A stretch of DNA of 64,000 bases from PVC group bacterium. GTDB taxonomy: Bacteria; Verrucomicrobiota; Kiritimatiellia; UBA8416. How positions within the stretch are numbered: position 1 is the first letter of the stretch; each line of letters opens with the position of its first letter. Both the position numbers and the translations under genes were made by a program. Location of the stretch: the NCBI GenBank assembly GCA_003567005.1, contig PXBF01000068.1, positions 12,392-76,391 on the forward strand. Direction: 5' to 3'. Shown here in pieces: positions 1-9,630 of the stretch. The notes beneath the pieces were generated by a model. That model did no database searches and was not told where the DNA came from. It was given only the letters and a program-made list of their open reading frames with translations.

Positions 1-65
1 ATAGAGTCACCGATCCGGCTAAACCACGATTTTCGTGTTACTTTTGTCACTGTACCTTGCCCCAT
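1..65 (-). CDS. 5' end of a gene running off the left edge; possibly TMEM43 (DUF1625)-family membrane protein
   Basis: Not in ORF track. Minus strand GAGAGG RBS then ATG at 65, reading MGQGTVTKVTRKSWFSRIGDS; resembles my recollection of bacterial TMEM43 N-termini (T-x-V-T-x-x-S-W-F-S-R-I-G-x-S). Only 21 codons visible. Confidence 0.5.
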   Translation of the reverse strand, partial: MGQGTVTKVTRKSWFSRIGDS

Positions 66-246
66 ATTATACCTCTCTTTTTTGTTCAGCCACTCATTGG
101 GCCGCATTGTTATATACTCGTCTTATACGCCATTTGGTGTACAACCCTGCACATTTTCAGCTCACCGGAAACGGGTAAACCCCATGCGATAATTCTTAGA
201 CTCTGTTCATGCCAAAATCTTTGAAAAAAAGATATCAAAAAAGGAA

Positions 247-2220
247 TTACCAGTTCTCTAAAAATTCGTGGCTGTATGAAGATCCTCCGCCCATGATGCC
301 GCCAGACTGCCGAACACCATAGGATCGTTGCGTATGATTAATGGTAATCGTGTGGGAGTAAGCTCCCGATAGATACAACGGAGGAACCACCAGTACCACC
401 TCCATCTCATCGTTTGCGTCTCTACGCCCCCACCTCAAGCTCCAATCAATCACAGTTGCCAAATCCGGATTCAAATCCAAGTGCTGCAGAACGGTAAGCG
501 CCGTTGTGGACAGCGATTCCGGTTTTTGCGTTTTTCTGTATAACGCTACTGTTGCCGCAGGCGTAAATTTTACCGAAACCACCACCTTTTTGCCACTCTC
601 GGTTCCATCATGCAGCGTAAGGTTATACATCCAGGAATCATCCCATATCGCAACCTCTTTGCGCGTATCAACCACTATAGGGTGTCCATTAGGATGCACC
701 AGCAGATCACTGTTGCTGTCCCACAAGAGCGCAGCGAAATCTCCCGTGAGACTGGCTTGCACAGACGTATCGTGCAGATATCCCCGGGCCATTTGGATGC
801 AGCGGGCAAGTGCTTCCGCATCACCATCCATAATCACGGCATCGACAATCTCCGCATGCCCCTTATGTTCCATAATACGTATGGCATCCATCGTACATTT
901 GCGAAGATTCCGCATATAGAAATCGATTGAATCCGCCCTCCCGGGATAGATTTCCTCCTGCGGTATCATTCCGAGCAATGTATAGGCAAGCGCTTCAAAG
1001 GCCACTGCATCAGTATTGAAATAGCGTCTGTAGGTATATAGACCGTTCCGTATCCCCTCATAGTGAAGACTCCAGCCATCCAGTGCCCCGACGCTGTGTT
1101 TTTGCTTACTGCTCCAGAAAAGACTGTGGTCGACAATCTTTCGAATATTACGGACATCGCTCCTAGCAAGTCGCTTGCTTGTCCGACTTGCCACTTCGGT
1201 CATCGTCTCCGGATACCCCGCTGCCCCATCTGTCACGATCCACTCGACCGTTGCGGGGGCACGCGTTGACTGCAAGATGACATGAAAGAGAATAGCAGGC
1301 GAAAAACTAGGCTTGGCAATGACCCGATATCCCTCGCTCACGTTGTGTTTTTCTGCCCATGTTAGAAAATCATTCTCGTCTGCCAAGCGCAACAGCTTGC
1401 GACTCGTACCGGAACCTGCTTCCGCCAGTGACAAGTCCGATGCCGGGCCTTGCATAAAAGGATCCGTTACACGGGCGGGGTCATCCAATTCCTGCCAATC
1501 GGGCAGGATACTGTGTTGCAGGACACCTTCTTCATAGTTGATCTCACGGAAATATTCGGTGTTGTAAATCTGCTTTAAGAAGCGTCCTGACCACGGACGA
1601 TAGTCGCGGTAGATTCCTTCCGCTACGCTACCCCCCTTGTACGTCCAGATCTCTTGATTCACAGGAAGATCAAAATGCTTTTTGAGGGCATAGGTTCTCT
1701 GCAAATCCCCTCTCCAGAATATATTTGTGTGTGCTACGACCGCACTATCGCTGATTAGCTGTTCCTTCCATGCATCGAGCAACTCGACTTTGCGCTTGAG
1801 AACACGAATATCAGGAATGGGCTGGGGCCGTTCAAACCGCCAGGATTTTTCTTGCTGAGCGGGGTCTTCCGGAAACGTAAAAGCAGCCCATTGAAGCGAT
1901 CTTGCCTGGTTGGGATTCGAAGCCGTCCAATATGTTCGTACAACCAGATGCTCTGATGGCTGATGCTCGTCAACAAGTAAGCCAGCCTGATTGGTTGTTG
2001 TCGATGTTGGATGGCCATAAAGCCTATGCAAATCCACACGGCGCGGATAGGGGCTCAAGAGCAGGCTATCGCGCAATGACGCAAACGCCTCAGTAAGTCT
2101 TTCCGCCTCGGAAAGGTGTAAGACCTGTTCCTCTGGAGCTGATACGGGACGAACAGAAGAACATCCAGCCAGCAACACCCCACAGAGCAAGGCCCCAAAA
2201 AATATAGTCCATATCTTCAT
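247..2220 (-). CDS. Hypothetical multi-domain lipoprotein
   Basis: 657-aa ORF; MK + hydrophobic stretch + LAGC lipobox; no recognisable catalytic motif. Confidence 0.75.
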   Translation of the reverse strand: MKIWTIFFGALLCGVLLAGCSSVRPVSAPEEQVLHLSEAERLTEAFASLRDSLLLSPYPRRVDLHRLYGHPTSTTTNQAGLLVDEHQPSEHLVVRTYWTASNPNQARSLQWAAFTFPEDPAQQEKSWRFERPQPIPDIRVLKRKVELLDAWKEQLISDSAVVAHTNIFWRGDLQRTYALKKHFDLPVNQEIWTYKGGSVAEGIYRDYRPWSGRFLKQIYNTEYFREINYEEGVLQHSILPDWQELDDPARVTDPFMQGPASDLSLAEAGSGTSRKLLRLADENDFLTWAEKHNVSEGYRVIAKPSFSPAILFHVILQSTRAPATVEWIVTDGAAGYPETMTEVASRTSKRLARSDVRNIRKIVDHSLFWSSKQKHSVGALDGWSLHYEGIRNGLYTYRRYFNTDAVAFEALAYTLLGMIPQEEIYPGRADSIDFYMRNLRKCTMDAIRIMEHKGHAEIVDAVIMDGDAEALARCIQMARGYLHDTSVQASLTGDFAALLWDSNSDLLVHPNGHPIVVDTRKEVAIWDDSWMYNLTLHDGTESGKKVVVSVKFTPAATVALYRKTQKPESLSTTALTVLQHLDLNPDLATVIDWSLRWGRRDANDEMEVVLVVPPLYLSGAYSHTITINHTQRSYGVRQSGGIMGGGSSYSHEFLENW

Positions 2221-2384
2221 AGCCTATGCTGTAAGTAGGGCTGTAAATATCTCTATAAAGATCACTCGAGGGAAGAGCCTCACGTGCTACTACTCATGTC
2301 CCGCGCCTTGCCATTCGGCGTTGCGGTCTGACGCGAACGTTGGAATCAGTCTTCTTCGGCTTCCGTTTTGTCTCCGCCAGGCGC

Positions 2385-3098
2385 TCATTGCCCAGACCTT
2401 AAACCGAACGCCTTCCAGTGTACCGCGTTCCGCCATTCATCGCTACCGGGCGTTGGACCATGCCCTTGGTCGTCATAAACGCCAAGTTCAGCACTAACGG
2501 CTTGCATCCATGCGGAAGAACCGACCGTTGGCCCATTACCGTCCGCGTCATGAACGTCGACAAAACGGTCAATTTGATGAAGCCATTCCTGACTTCCAAC
2601 AGGTGCAATCTTTTCCAGCCTTGTGAGCGGACGTTCCGGCCTTGCGCCGCTTTCGTCCCTGACATAGTTATGTTCCCATGAAAGCATGACAACATCACCT
2701 TCTTCCAGCGCGTTGATAGCAGCATGCATCTCGGGAGACACCTTGCGGTTATTCATGTTGTCTTCAACAAGAAAAGCGAATTCTTCACGTTTGGGATCGC
2801 CATATTGGCCCGGCTTTTCGTAGGCAATGTAGTGGACGATCCGAAAGGTCGCCAGCGAACCCGAGTTGCCACATTTATCAGGACAGAGCCCTGTCCGCCC
2901 CATGCATCTATGGTAACGAGTCCCCTTGAACTCCGCTACCGTGTCATGTCGCGCCAGCATCTCTACACTCTTTTCCCCCTGTTCGCCCCCATGAGAACCC
3001 CCTGTCAGGAACACCAAAGAGGCAAGAAGCAAAGCAACACGGTTGAGATTGTGGATCATAGCTAGTCTCCTTCTTTCGGTTTTCGTATTGTAGATCAA
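2385..3098 (-). CDS. Exported hypothetical protein: Cys-containing N-terminal domain plus C-terminal G(H/N)GPxxGSxxW repeats
   Basis: Probable start at second Met (MIHNLNR) after AGGAG; signal-like hydrophobic stretch; CMGRTGLCPDKC motif; repeated GSxxW units. Confidence 0.7.
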   Translation of the reverse strand: MIYNTKTERRRLAMIHNLNRVALLLASLVFLTGGSHGGEQGEKSVEMLARHDTVAEFKGTRYHRCMGRTGLCPDKCGNSGSLATFRIVHYIAYEKPGQYGDPKREEFAFLVEDNMNNRKVSPEMHAAINALEEGDVVMLSWEHNYVRDESGARPERPLTRLEKIAPVGSQEWLHQIDRFVDVHDADGNGPTVGSSAWMQAVSAELGVYDDQGHGPTPGSDEWRNAVHWKAFGLRSGQ

Positions 3099-3236
3099 TT
3101 CCTACAGCGCAGAGTATGAATGAAATACACCCTCGATGCTACCTAAAACTATAAGTACATCTAATTGAAGCTGCTCATTCAATACTTCGCGAAAAATCCC
3201 ATCCATCCGTCGATCATGGATTTTCTACGAAACGTT

Positions 3237-3941
3237 TTATAGACGGCTGGCCGGATGATACCCGAGGTTGTTACGCCCAATTTGCAGACCATATACATGA
3301 TCGGCTGGCTTGATTTCATAGAAGTGCGAGCGCGTGCAGGTGTATAATTTTTCGCCACTCAAATCCTTGAGTAACCCGCAGAGCAAACCCTCGTGGCTGA
3401 CGTAGATCTTATCCCCCGACTCATCGGCTTTCGATTCAACAAAATCGAGCAACCGTTTCCGAGCTTCATCAACATTCTCGACTTTCTGGACAAAATCACG
3501 GAGATGCCCAGGCAGCCGCGCCAAAAGTTCGGGTGTCTTTTCACGAAAAGGATTCAATGCAAACCATTTGTCAGTATGCTCTTTGGTGGCCATCTCGAGC
3601 CCTGATGCAAGCACGGCTTCTTTGAAAAGTGGCCAATTCCAATTATGTACTTCCTGCAATTCAATGGCAGACACCAGATGAACGTCCCGTCCCTCCTCAC
3701 TAAGAATTTCCTGGATGATTTGTGCCGTGTGGATGGCTCGTCCCATCGGGGACGTGTAGATCGTGACTTTTAGAGAGTCTTTTAGAATCTCGCGAATTTC
3801 CTTTGCAGAGGCCGTAACCGCCTCGATCCCCTTTTCATTGAGATCATTGGCTTCGCCAATCGCAACCGGAACATTGCCCTGTTTGTAATCCGTGTAGCCG
3901 TGCCGCATCAGAATCGTAATGCCGTCTCCCAAAATACTCAT
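3237..3941 (-). CDS. Histidine phosphatase superfamily protein
   Basis: RHG motif (LMRHG), TSPMGRAIHTA, late VSHEG His; ATGA overlap with sulfatase stop. Confidence 0.85.
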   Translation of the reverse strand: MSILGDGITILMRHGYTDYKQGNVPVAIGEANDLNEKGIEAVTASAKEIREILKDSLKVTIYTSPMGRAIHTAQIIQEILSEEGRDVHLVSAIELQEVHNWNWPLFKEAVLASGLEMATKEHTDKWFALNPFREKTPELLARLPGHLRDFVQKVENVDEARKRLLDFVESKADESGDKIYVSHEGLLCGLLKDLSGEKLYTCTRSHFYEIKPADHVYGLQIGRNNLGYHPASRL

Positions 3942-5467
3942 GGTGTCGGTTCCATTGCATTGTATGCTTCGCCTTTATTGCGATATTCTTTTTCGCAAGC
4001 TTCCCACTTGGCAATCATTTCCTGCAACTTTTCTGGCATATCTTCAGCGAGATCATGCATTTCGCAACGGTCTTTCGACAAATCATACAACGCCCAGCGA
4101 TCATCGGGCTTGCCCCAATCGGTCAGGGCCTCATTCACGATCTTCCAGTCCCCTACCCGCAGGGCACGGTTACCTTGATGATGAATATAAATATGATCGC
4201 GATCTACGACTCCATCCTTGGCAAAGCTCGGCACCAAGCTCTTACCGGGTAACGGCGGAGCACCTTCCGGAAGTTCCATATGTACGGGATCGCCCCCAGC
4301 CAACTCAATAAACGTTGGCATGAAGTCAATCACATGACCCATATCATGACGTAGCGAGCCACCTGACTTGATGCCATTGGGCCAATGTGCAATTAAGGGG
4401 GTGGATATCCCTCCCTCATGCGCCCAGATCTTGTGACGGCGGAACGGCGTATTGCAGCTCGTCGACCAGCCGGGCCCTAAGCATAAATGCGTGTACTCTG
4501 ATCCAGGCAAAGCCTCGGGATCATGGCCTTTCCCGCGAATCATAATCTCGGCACTGCAACCATTGTCGGAGAAGAACAGGATCAGCGTGTCATCCAGAAC
4601 CTTCATGGACTCCAATTGATCTAGAATCCGACCAATCTCGCGATCCGTCCGGTCAACCATGGCTGCATGGATTGCCATTTTTGTTGCCTGAAAACGCTTC
4701 TGTTCTTCTGTAAGACTGTCCCAAGCCTTAGCGTACTCGACCTCACCTGCCCCTAATTGTTCTCTCCAATTTTCGGTGTTTTCTACAAAATGCGGGGCTG
4801 GCACTTTCGGCTCTCGATCAGATAACGGGCAATCCACCAGTCCCATTGCTTTCATACGCTCGTATCGCCGTTGCCGAATGGCATCCCATCCCTCGAGATA
4901 TTTATCGCGGTATTTATCAATGTCTTCCTGCTCGGCCTGAACGGGAAAATGAGGCGTCGTGTAGCATACATAATGAAAGAAAGGATCATCCTTGCTGTTC
5001 TTCTCATGCTCCTGCAAGCACATGAGAGCATGGTCGGTAATGGCTTCTGCCGAGTATCGGGTTTTACCATCATCGCTGTGGAAGAAGTGATTGAACTGCG
5101 GGATCTCATAACCCCAGCTTATGTCAAACCCACCACCCGTAACCGGATCTGGCGTATTGAAAAGATGCCACTTGCCCGAATGATAATTCCGATAGCCGAG
5201 AGGGCTGAGGTGATGCGGAATCAAGCGTTGCCAAGACGCACGATATTTTCTCACAGGCGGATCCATGCACACCTGCGGCGCGTAATAGCCCGTTAATACC
5301 GACGATCGTGTAGGCCAACAACGCGGTGTACTGTAGAATTGCGTGTACCGCACCCCCTGATTCGCAAGACGATCTATGTTCGGGGTATCGATTTCACCAC
5401 CATAACACCCAGGATCGGAAAACCCCATATCGTCCATCAAAATAATCATAATATTCGGTTTTTTCAT
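3938..5467 (-). CDS. Arylsulfatase (formylglycine-dependent, S1), no signal peptide
   Basis: KPNIMIILMDD start, CWPTRSSVLTG (CxPxR), SGKWHL, FSDNG, HEGGISTP, LYDLSKD motifs. Confidence 0.95.
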   Translation of the reverse strand: MKKPNIMIILMDDMGFSDPGCYGGEIDTPNIDRLANQGVRYTQFYSTPRCWPTRSSVLTGYYAPQVCMDPPVRKYRASWQRLIPHHLSPLGYRNYHSGKWHLFNTPDPVTGGGFDISWGYEIPQFNHFFHSDDGKTRYSAEAITDHALMCLQEHEKNSKDDPFFHYVCYTTPHFPVQAEQEDIDKYRDKYLEGWDAIRQRRYERMKAMGLVDCPLSDREPKVPAPHFVENTENWREQLGAGEVEYAKAWDSLTEEQKRFQATKMAIHAAMVDRTDREIGRILDQLESMKVLDDTLILFFSDNGCSAEIMIRGKGHDPEALPGSEYTHLCLGPGWSTSCNTPFRRHKIWAHEGGISTPLIAHWPNGIKSGGSLRHDMGHVIDFMPTFIELAGGDPVHMELPEGAPPLPGKSLVPSFAKDGVVDRDHIYIHHQGNRALRVGDWKIVNEALTDWGKPDDRWALYDLSKDRCEMHDLAEDMPEKLQEMIAKWEACEKEYRNKGEAYNAMEPTP

Positions 5468-5485
5468 GCATCTACTTCCTATCTG

Positions 5486-6655
5486 CTATTGCGATATTTT
5501 TGCCAAATCAACCCAGTACGGATGCATGTTGATGACCGCCCCCGTTTCCCGTGCCTCTTCGATGCCGAAACACGTAAACGATGCGCGCAGACCATCCTCA
5601 AGCGTTGTCGGTGTAGGCGCACCACGCAGCATACAGTCGAGTACATCCTGCGCCATGGGCTCTTCGGCTCCACCGTGATCATCACCCGCAATCGGACGAA
5701 TTGTCTCTGTCTTGGCATCCCAACCAACCGGGGTGTATTCCAACGTTCCTGTCAAAACATTTCCGCGTATGGTACCCTTGGTTCCGCACATGTAGAAACG
5801 TCGCTCTTGCTGGGCACTGTGCATGCAAAAATGAAACGAAATATGCACCCCGTTTTCCAGTTCCATAATGGCAACCTGATTGTCAATCGTATCCTTGTCA
5901 TCGTTAAATGGCGTTATATTTTCTTCATCCCCGACCGCATATCCTGTTGCTAACCCTCGATCATAATACCGATACCCCTCTTCTCCAACGGGATACATAT
6001 CATTATGATGCGCATTCTCTGGCTTGAAGAATGTTAAGCCACCAAAACTCGCCACACGCGCCGGTTGGCTTCCCGTCATCCAAAGCATCAAATCCATGTC
6101 ATGACAGCATTTTTCGACGATCATGGGGCCGCTCCACTCGCTCTTTCGGCGCCAATTGCCATGCATCGAGGCACCATGATAAGGGGAAAGTGTTTCATTA
6201 AATTCCATACTAATCAATTGTCCCAGACGCCCCGCTTCAATCCACTCCTTCATCGTACGGTAAAAAACAGAATACCGCAGCACAAACCCAACAATAAACT
6301 GTTTGGAAGGATTGCGTTTACGGGCAGCTACGATATCCATGCATTGCTCGCGCGTCGTTGCTACCGGTTTTTCGCAAAAAACATCCTTGCCTGCATCTAA
6401 AGCAGCTACGGCATGTCCGCTGTGCAAAGCATTGAAAGAGCCAATAAAAACCCAATCCACATCGGAAGCCGTGACGACTTCCTCAACCGAATGGCACGAG
6501 CGGATGCCGGGATACGCTGCCTGCACACGTTCCGCTGCCTTTGCTGAAGGGTCATGGTAAGCGACAACCGTAACGCGCCCATCACTCAATTTCGTTACAT
6601 TTTTGAGAACATGGTCAATCCGTCTGCCAAACCCAACCACACCAATACGTTTCAT
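5486..6655 (-). CDS. Gfo/Idh/MocA family oxidoreductase
   Basis: Start moved to MKRIGVVGFG (AAGGAG RBS upstream); VFCEKP, VGFVLRY, EKCCHDMD, DHGG motifs. Confidence 0.92.
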   Translation of the reverse strand: MKRIGVVGFGRRIDHVLKNVTKLSDGRVTVVAYHDPSAKAAERVQAAYPGIRSCHSVEEVVTASDVDWVFIGSFNALHSGHAVAALDAGKDVFCEKPVATTREQCMDIVAARKRNPSKQFIVGFVLRYSVFYRTMKEWIEAGRLGQLISMEFNETLSPYHGASMHGNWRRKSEWSGPMIVEKCCHDMDLMLWMTGSQPARVASFGGLTFFKPENAHHNDMYPVGEEGYRYYDRGLATGYAVGDEENITPFNDDKDTIDNQVAIMELENGVHISFHFCMHSAQQERRFYMCGTKGTIRGNVLTGTLEYTPVGWDAKTETIRPIAGDDHGGAEEPMAQDVLDCMLRGAPTPTTLEDGLRASFTCFGIEEARETGAVINMHPYWVDLAKISQ

Positions 6656-6762
6656 ATCTATACTCCTTCGTTCCAAAATCAGCGAAAAAAGCGTTGCGTT
6701 AGAGACAATGCCGTTTAGGATGCTTGCAATGCAACAGTATTTTTGCACAAAAACGAAGGATA

Positions 6763-9570
6763 ATGACGATGTCGACTTTTGAGAATACACTCTCGCTCGC
6801 AGGCCAATGGCGCTTCAAACTGGATCCGCATAACGAAGGAATCAAACAAAACTGGTTTAACACCGTGTTACCCGACAGCATAGCCCTGCCAGGCACGACC
6901 GATGAGGCCGGCTACGGCGAAGAGACCAATGAAGCCTGTGCTGACCGACTCTCGCGTATCTACCGCTGGATCGGTCCTGCTTGGTACCAACGAGAAGTGG
7001 ATATCCCTTCAACGTGGAAGAACAAAAAAGTATTTCTTTACTTTGAGAGGACAAAAAACAGTCAAATCTGGATTGATGGCGTCTGGGCTGGTAGTGATGA
7101 CTCTCTCTCAACCCCCCATACCTTTGACCTTTCTGCATGGCTGGCCCCTGGCAAACATGCCCTTACCATTCTCATTGACAATGCAAAGTTACCCCCTGTC
7201 GGGCCATGCCATCAGGTAGATGAGCGTACCCAAACAAACTGGAACGGCATTCTGGGCGAAATGACCCTAACAGCACGAGAACCTGTTTGGATTCAGGATT
7301 TGCAAGCCTATCCCAACGCAGCGAAGCGTACGCTGCAAGTGAAGGCGACGATCATCAATGAGACGAACTGGAGCGGTGCCGCTGACTTTACCTGGAAAGC
7401 AGAAGTCTTGGGCAACGATGCCCCCGAAATACCTACTGTAGAAAGTGGGACCTTGCTACGCGAGCGCGTCACAAACACGGCAACGACCATCACGCTTCCC
7501 GAATCCGTTGGTTGCTGGGATGAATTTGATCCCGCATTACTTCGCATAACCCTTGAAATGAAGGCCATGCCTGTAGCGACTTGGCTCCATGATGCGGCTA
7601 GCGTTGTATGTGGCTTGCGCGACTTTTCAACGGACCGTGGCCAATTTGTGATAAACGGACGGCCCACCTATCTGCGGGGGCGCGTAGATAGCGCCATTTT
7701 TCCGCTAACAGGATACGCCCCGATGGAAAAAGCAGAATGGAAGCGGCTGCTTGCGATTGCCAAATCATACGGGTTGAATCATTACCGCTTCCATTCCTGG
7801 TGCCCCCCAAAAGCCGCCTTTGCTGCAGCAGATGAACTAGGCATGTACCTGCTCGTGGAACTTCCCAACAAGCGGGAAATTACCGCCCCCGACAACAAAG
7901 CGTATCGTCCTCCCGCAGAAGCCTATGAAACCTTAGCCGAACTTGAGGGCGATGGTGGACCACCCGCTATCCGTACGGCCTATCTTTTGCGCGAAGGCGA
8001 ACGCATTCTTAAAGCCTATGGTAATCATCCTTCCTTCTGCATGCTCACACTCGGCAATGAGCTTGGTGGCGATGAGAGCGTCATGCGAGACATGTGCGAT
8101 CACTTCCGTTCGCTTGACAATCGCCACTTCTATGCAATGGGATCCGGACATTTCCACTGGGACATTGCACTCCGCGAAGGTGATGATTTTTGGGTTACAC
8201 GGGGCACATCAAGAAAACGCCCTGTTCGCGGAGCGTCTTTTGAATCGAATCTCCACATTGACCATCAAGCCCCATCCACCACCGTTGACTATGGCTCCGC
8301 TATCCAAGGAGTTCCGATTCCTGTTATCACGCACGAAAATGGCGAATTCGAAGTGTACCCCGACTATCGCGAAATAAAAAAATATAAGGGCGTATTGCGT
8401 GCGCGCAATTTTGAAATATTCCGTGAGCGACTCAAAGCCGCAGGAATGCTCGATCAAGCACTGGACTTTTTCAAAGCATCTGGCGCCCTTTCTGTCATTT
8501 GTCATCGCGAGGATATCGAGGCCTGCTTGCGGACAGCAGGTCATGGTGGATTCCATTTACTCGACCTTATGGATTTCAGCGGGCAAGGAACCGCTCTGGT
8601 GGGAATATTAGATGCATTCATGGACTCCAAAGGCCTTATCTCCCCTGAAGCGTGGCGCGCCTTCTGCTGCGAAACCGTTCCCCTACTCTGGATGACCAAA
8701 TATACTTGGACCAATGACGAAACCTTCAAGGCAGGTATTCGCATTGCGCACTACGGTCCTGAAGATTTCCCCAACCAGCATGTACAGTGGAAAGTCACCG
8801 ACGGCAGAAAACTCGTTGCCAAGGGACAAACACGCGCAGTGAATATCACAACTGGAACCGTTACGGATGTGGATTTGATCTCCGTCGATCTAGGTAACAT
8901 GAAGAAAGCCAGCAAATTAAAAGTCACAATATTCGTACCCGACACACCCTATCAAAACAGCTATGACATCTGGGTGTATCCACAAGAGAAGCAATCGATT
9001 AAAAAACCTGCCAAGGCTATTGTCTCGCGTACATACAACCGTAACGTGGAGTCTGCCCTAAACAAGGGAAAAACGGTTCTGCTGCTACCGGTTCCGGAGA
9101 AAATGCAGAACACCGTACGAATGGCATTTCAGACCGGCTTCTGGTCACCCATGTTCCGTATTGGCAACAAAAAGACACCAGATGGTAAGCAGTTCCCGGG
9201 TACACAAGGCATTCTTATCGATCCGAAGCATCCCCTCTTCAAGGATTTTCCCACGGAGTTTCATTCCAATTGGCAATGGTGGCAATTAGTCAAGCATAGT
9301 GCCCCCATGATTTTGGACAATACGCCACCATCATTCCGCCCGCTTGTCCAGGTCATTGATGGTTTTGATCGCAACCATAAATTGGGGCTGATCATAGAAG
9401 CAAGAGTCGGCAAAGGCCGTTTGATTGTCTGCACGATGGATCTACTGGCTCTAGGGAAGCATCCTGAAGCAAGACAACTGCTTCAGTGCCTCTACGCGTA
9501 CGCAGATGACGCAGCGCAAAAGCAGCTGCAGGAGCTTCCGACGGACACGATCAAATCCGTCTTACAATAG
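6763..9570 (+). CDS. Glycoside hydrolase family 2-like protein, no signal peptide
   Basis: LAGQWRF..D, LPGTTD, AWYQRE, WNGILG, GLNHYRFHSWCPP, YGNHPSF..LGNE, THENG; start moved to ATG after AAGGA. Confidence 0.88.
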   Translation: MTMSTFENTLSLAGQWRFKLDPHNEGIKQNWFNTVLPDSIALPGTTDEAGYGEETNEACADRLSRIYRWIGPAWYQREVDIPSTWKNKKVFLYFERTKNSQIWIDGVWAGSDDSLSTPHTFDLSAWLAPGKHALTILIDNAKLPPVGPCHQVDERTQTNWNGILGEMTLTAREPVWIQDLQAYPNAAKRTLQVKATIINETNWSGAADFTWKAEVLGNDAPEIPTVESGTLLRERVTNTATTITLPESVGCWDEFDPALLRITLEMKAMPVATWLHDAASVVCGLRDFSTDRGQFVINGRPTYLRGRVDSAIFPLTGYAPMEKAEWKRLLAIAKSYGLNHYRFHSWCPPKAAFAAADELGMYLLVELPNKREITAPDNKAYRPPAEAYETLAELEGDGGPPAIRTAYLLREGERILKAYGNHPSFCMLTLGNELGGDESVMRDMCDHFRSLDNRHFYAMGSGHFHWDIALREGDDFWVTRGTSRKRPVRGASFESNLHIDHQAPSTTVDYGSAIQGVPIPVITHENGEFEVYPDYREIKKYKGVLRARNFEIFRERLKAAGMLDQALDFFKASGALSVICHREDIEACLRTAGHGGFHLLDLMDFSGQGTALVGILDAFMDSKGLISPEAWRAFCCETVPLLWMTKYTWTNDETFKAGIRIAHYGPEDFPNQHVQWKVTDGRKLVAKGQTRAVNITTGTVTDVDLISVDLGNMKKASKLKVTIFVPDTPYQNSYDIWVYPQEKQSIKKPAKAIVSRTYNRNVESALNKGKTVLLLPVPEKMQNTVRMAFQTGFWSPMFRIGNKKTPDGKQFPGTQGILIDPKHPLFKDFPTEFHSNWQWWQLVKHSAPMILDNTPPSFRPLVQVIDGFDRNHKLGLIIEARVGKGRLIVCTMDLLALGKHPEARQLLQCLYAYADDAAQKQLQELPTDTIKSVLQ

Positions 9571-9630
9571 AATAAAGACGTTGCCCACCAGTTTCTGCAA
9601 AAGGCGCGCGGCCAACACTTTCAGCGCTAT

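Noticed and set aside
2225..2384. GCGAACGTTGGAATCAG between two orphan exported genes, reminiscent of an integron attC arm
   Set aside because: No complementary second arm or GTTRRRY end found, orientation opposes the genes, no integrase or other attC in window.
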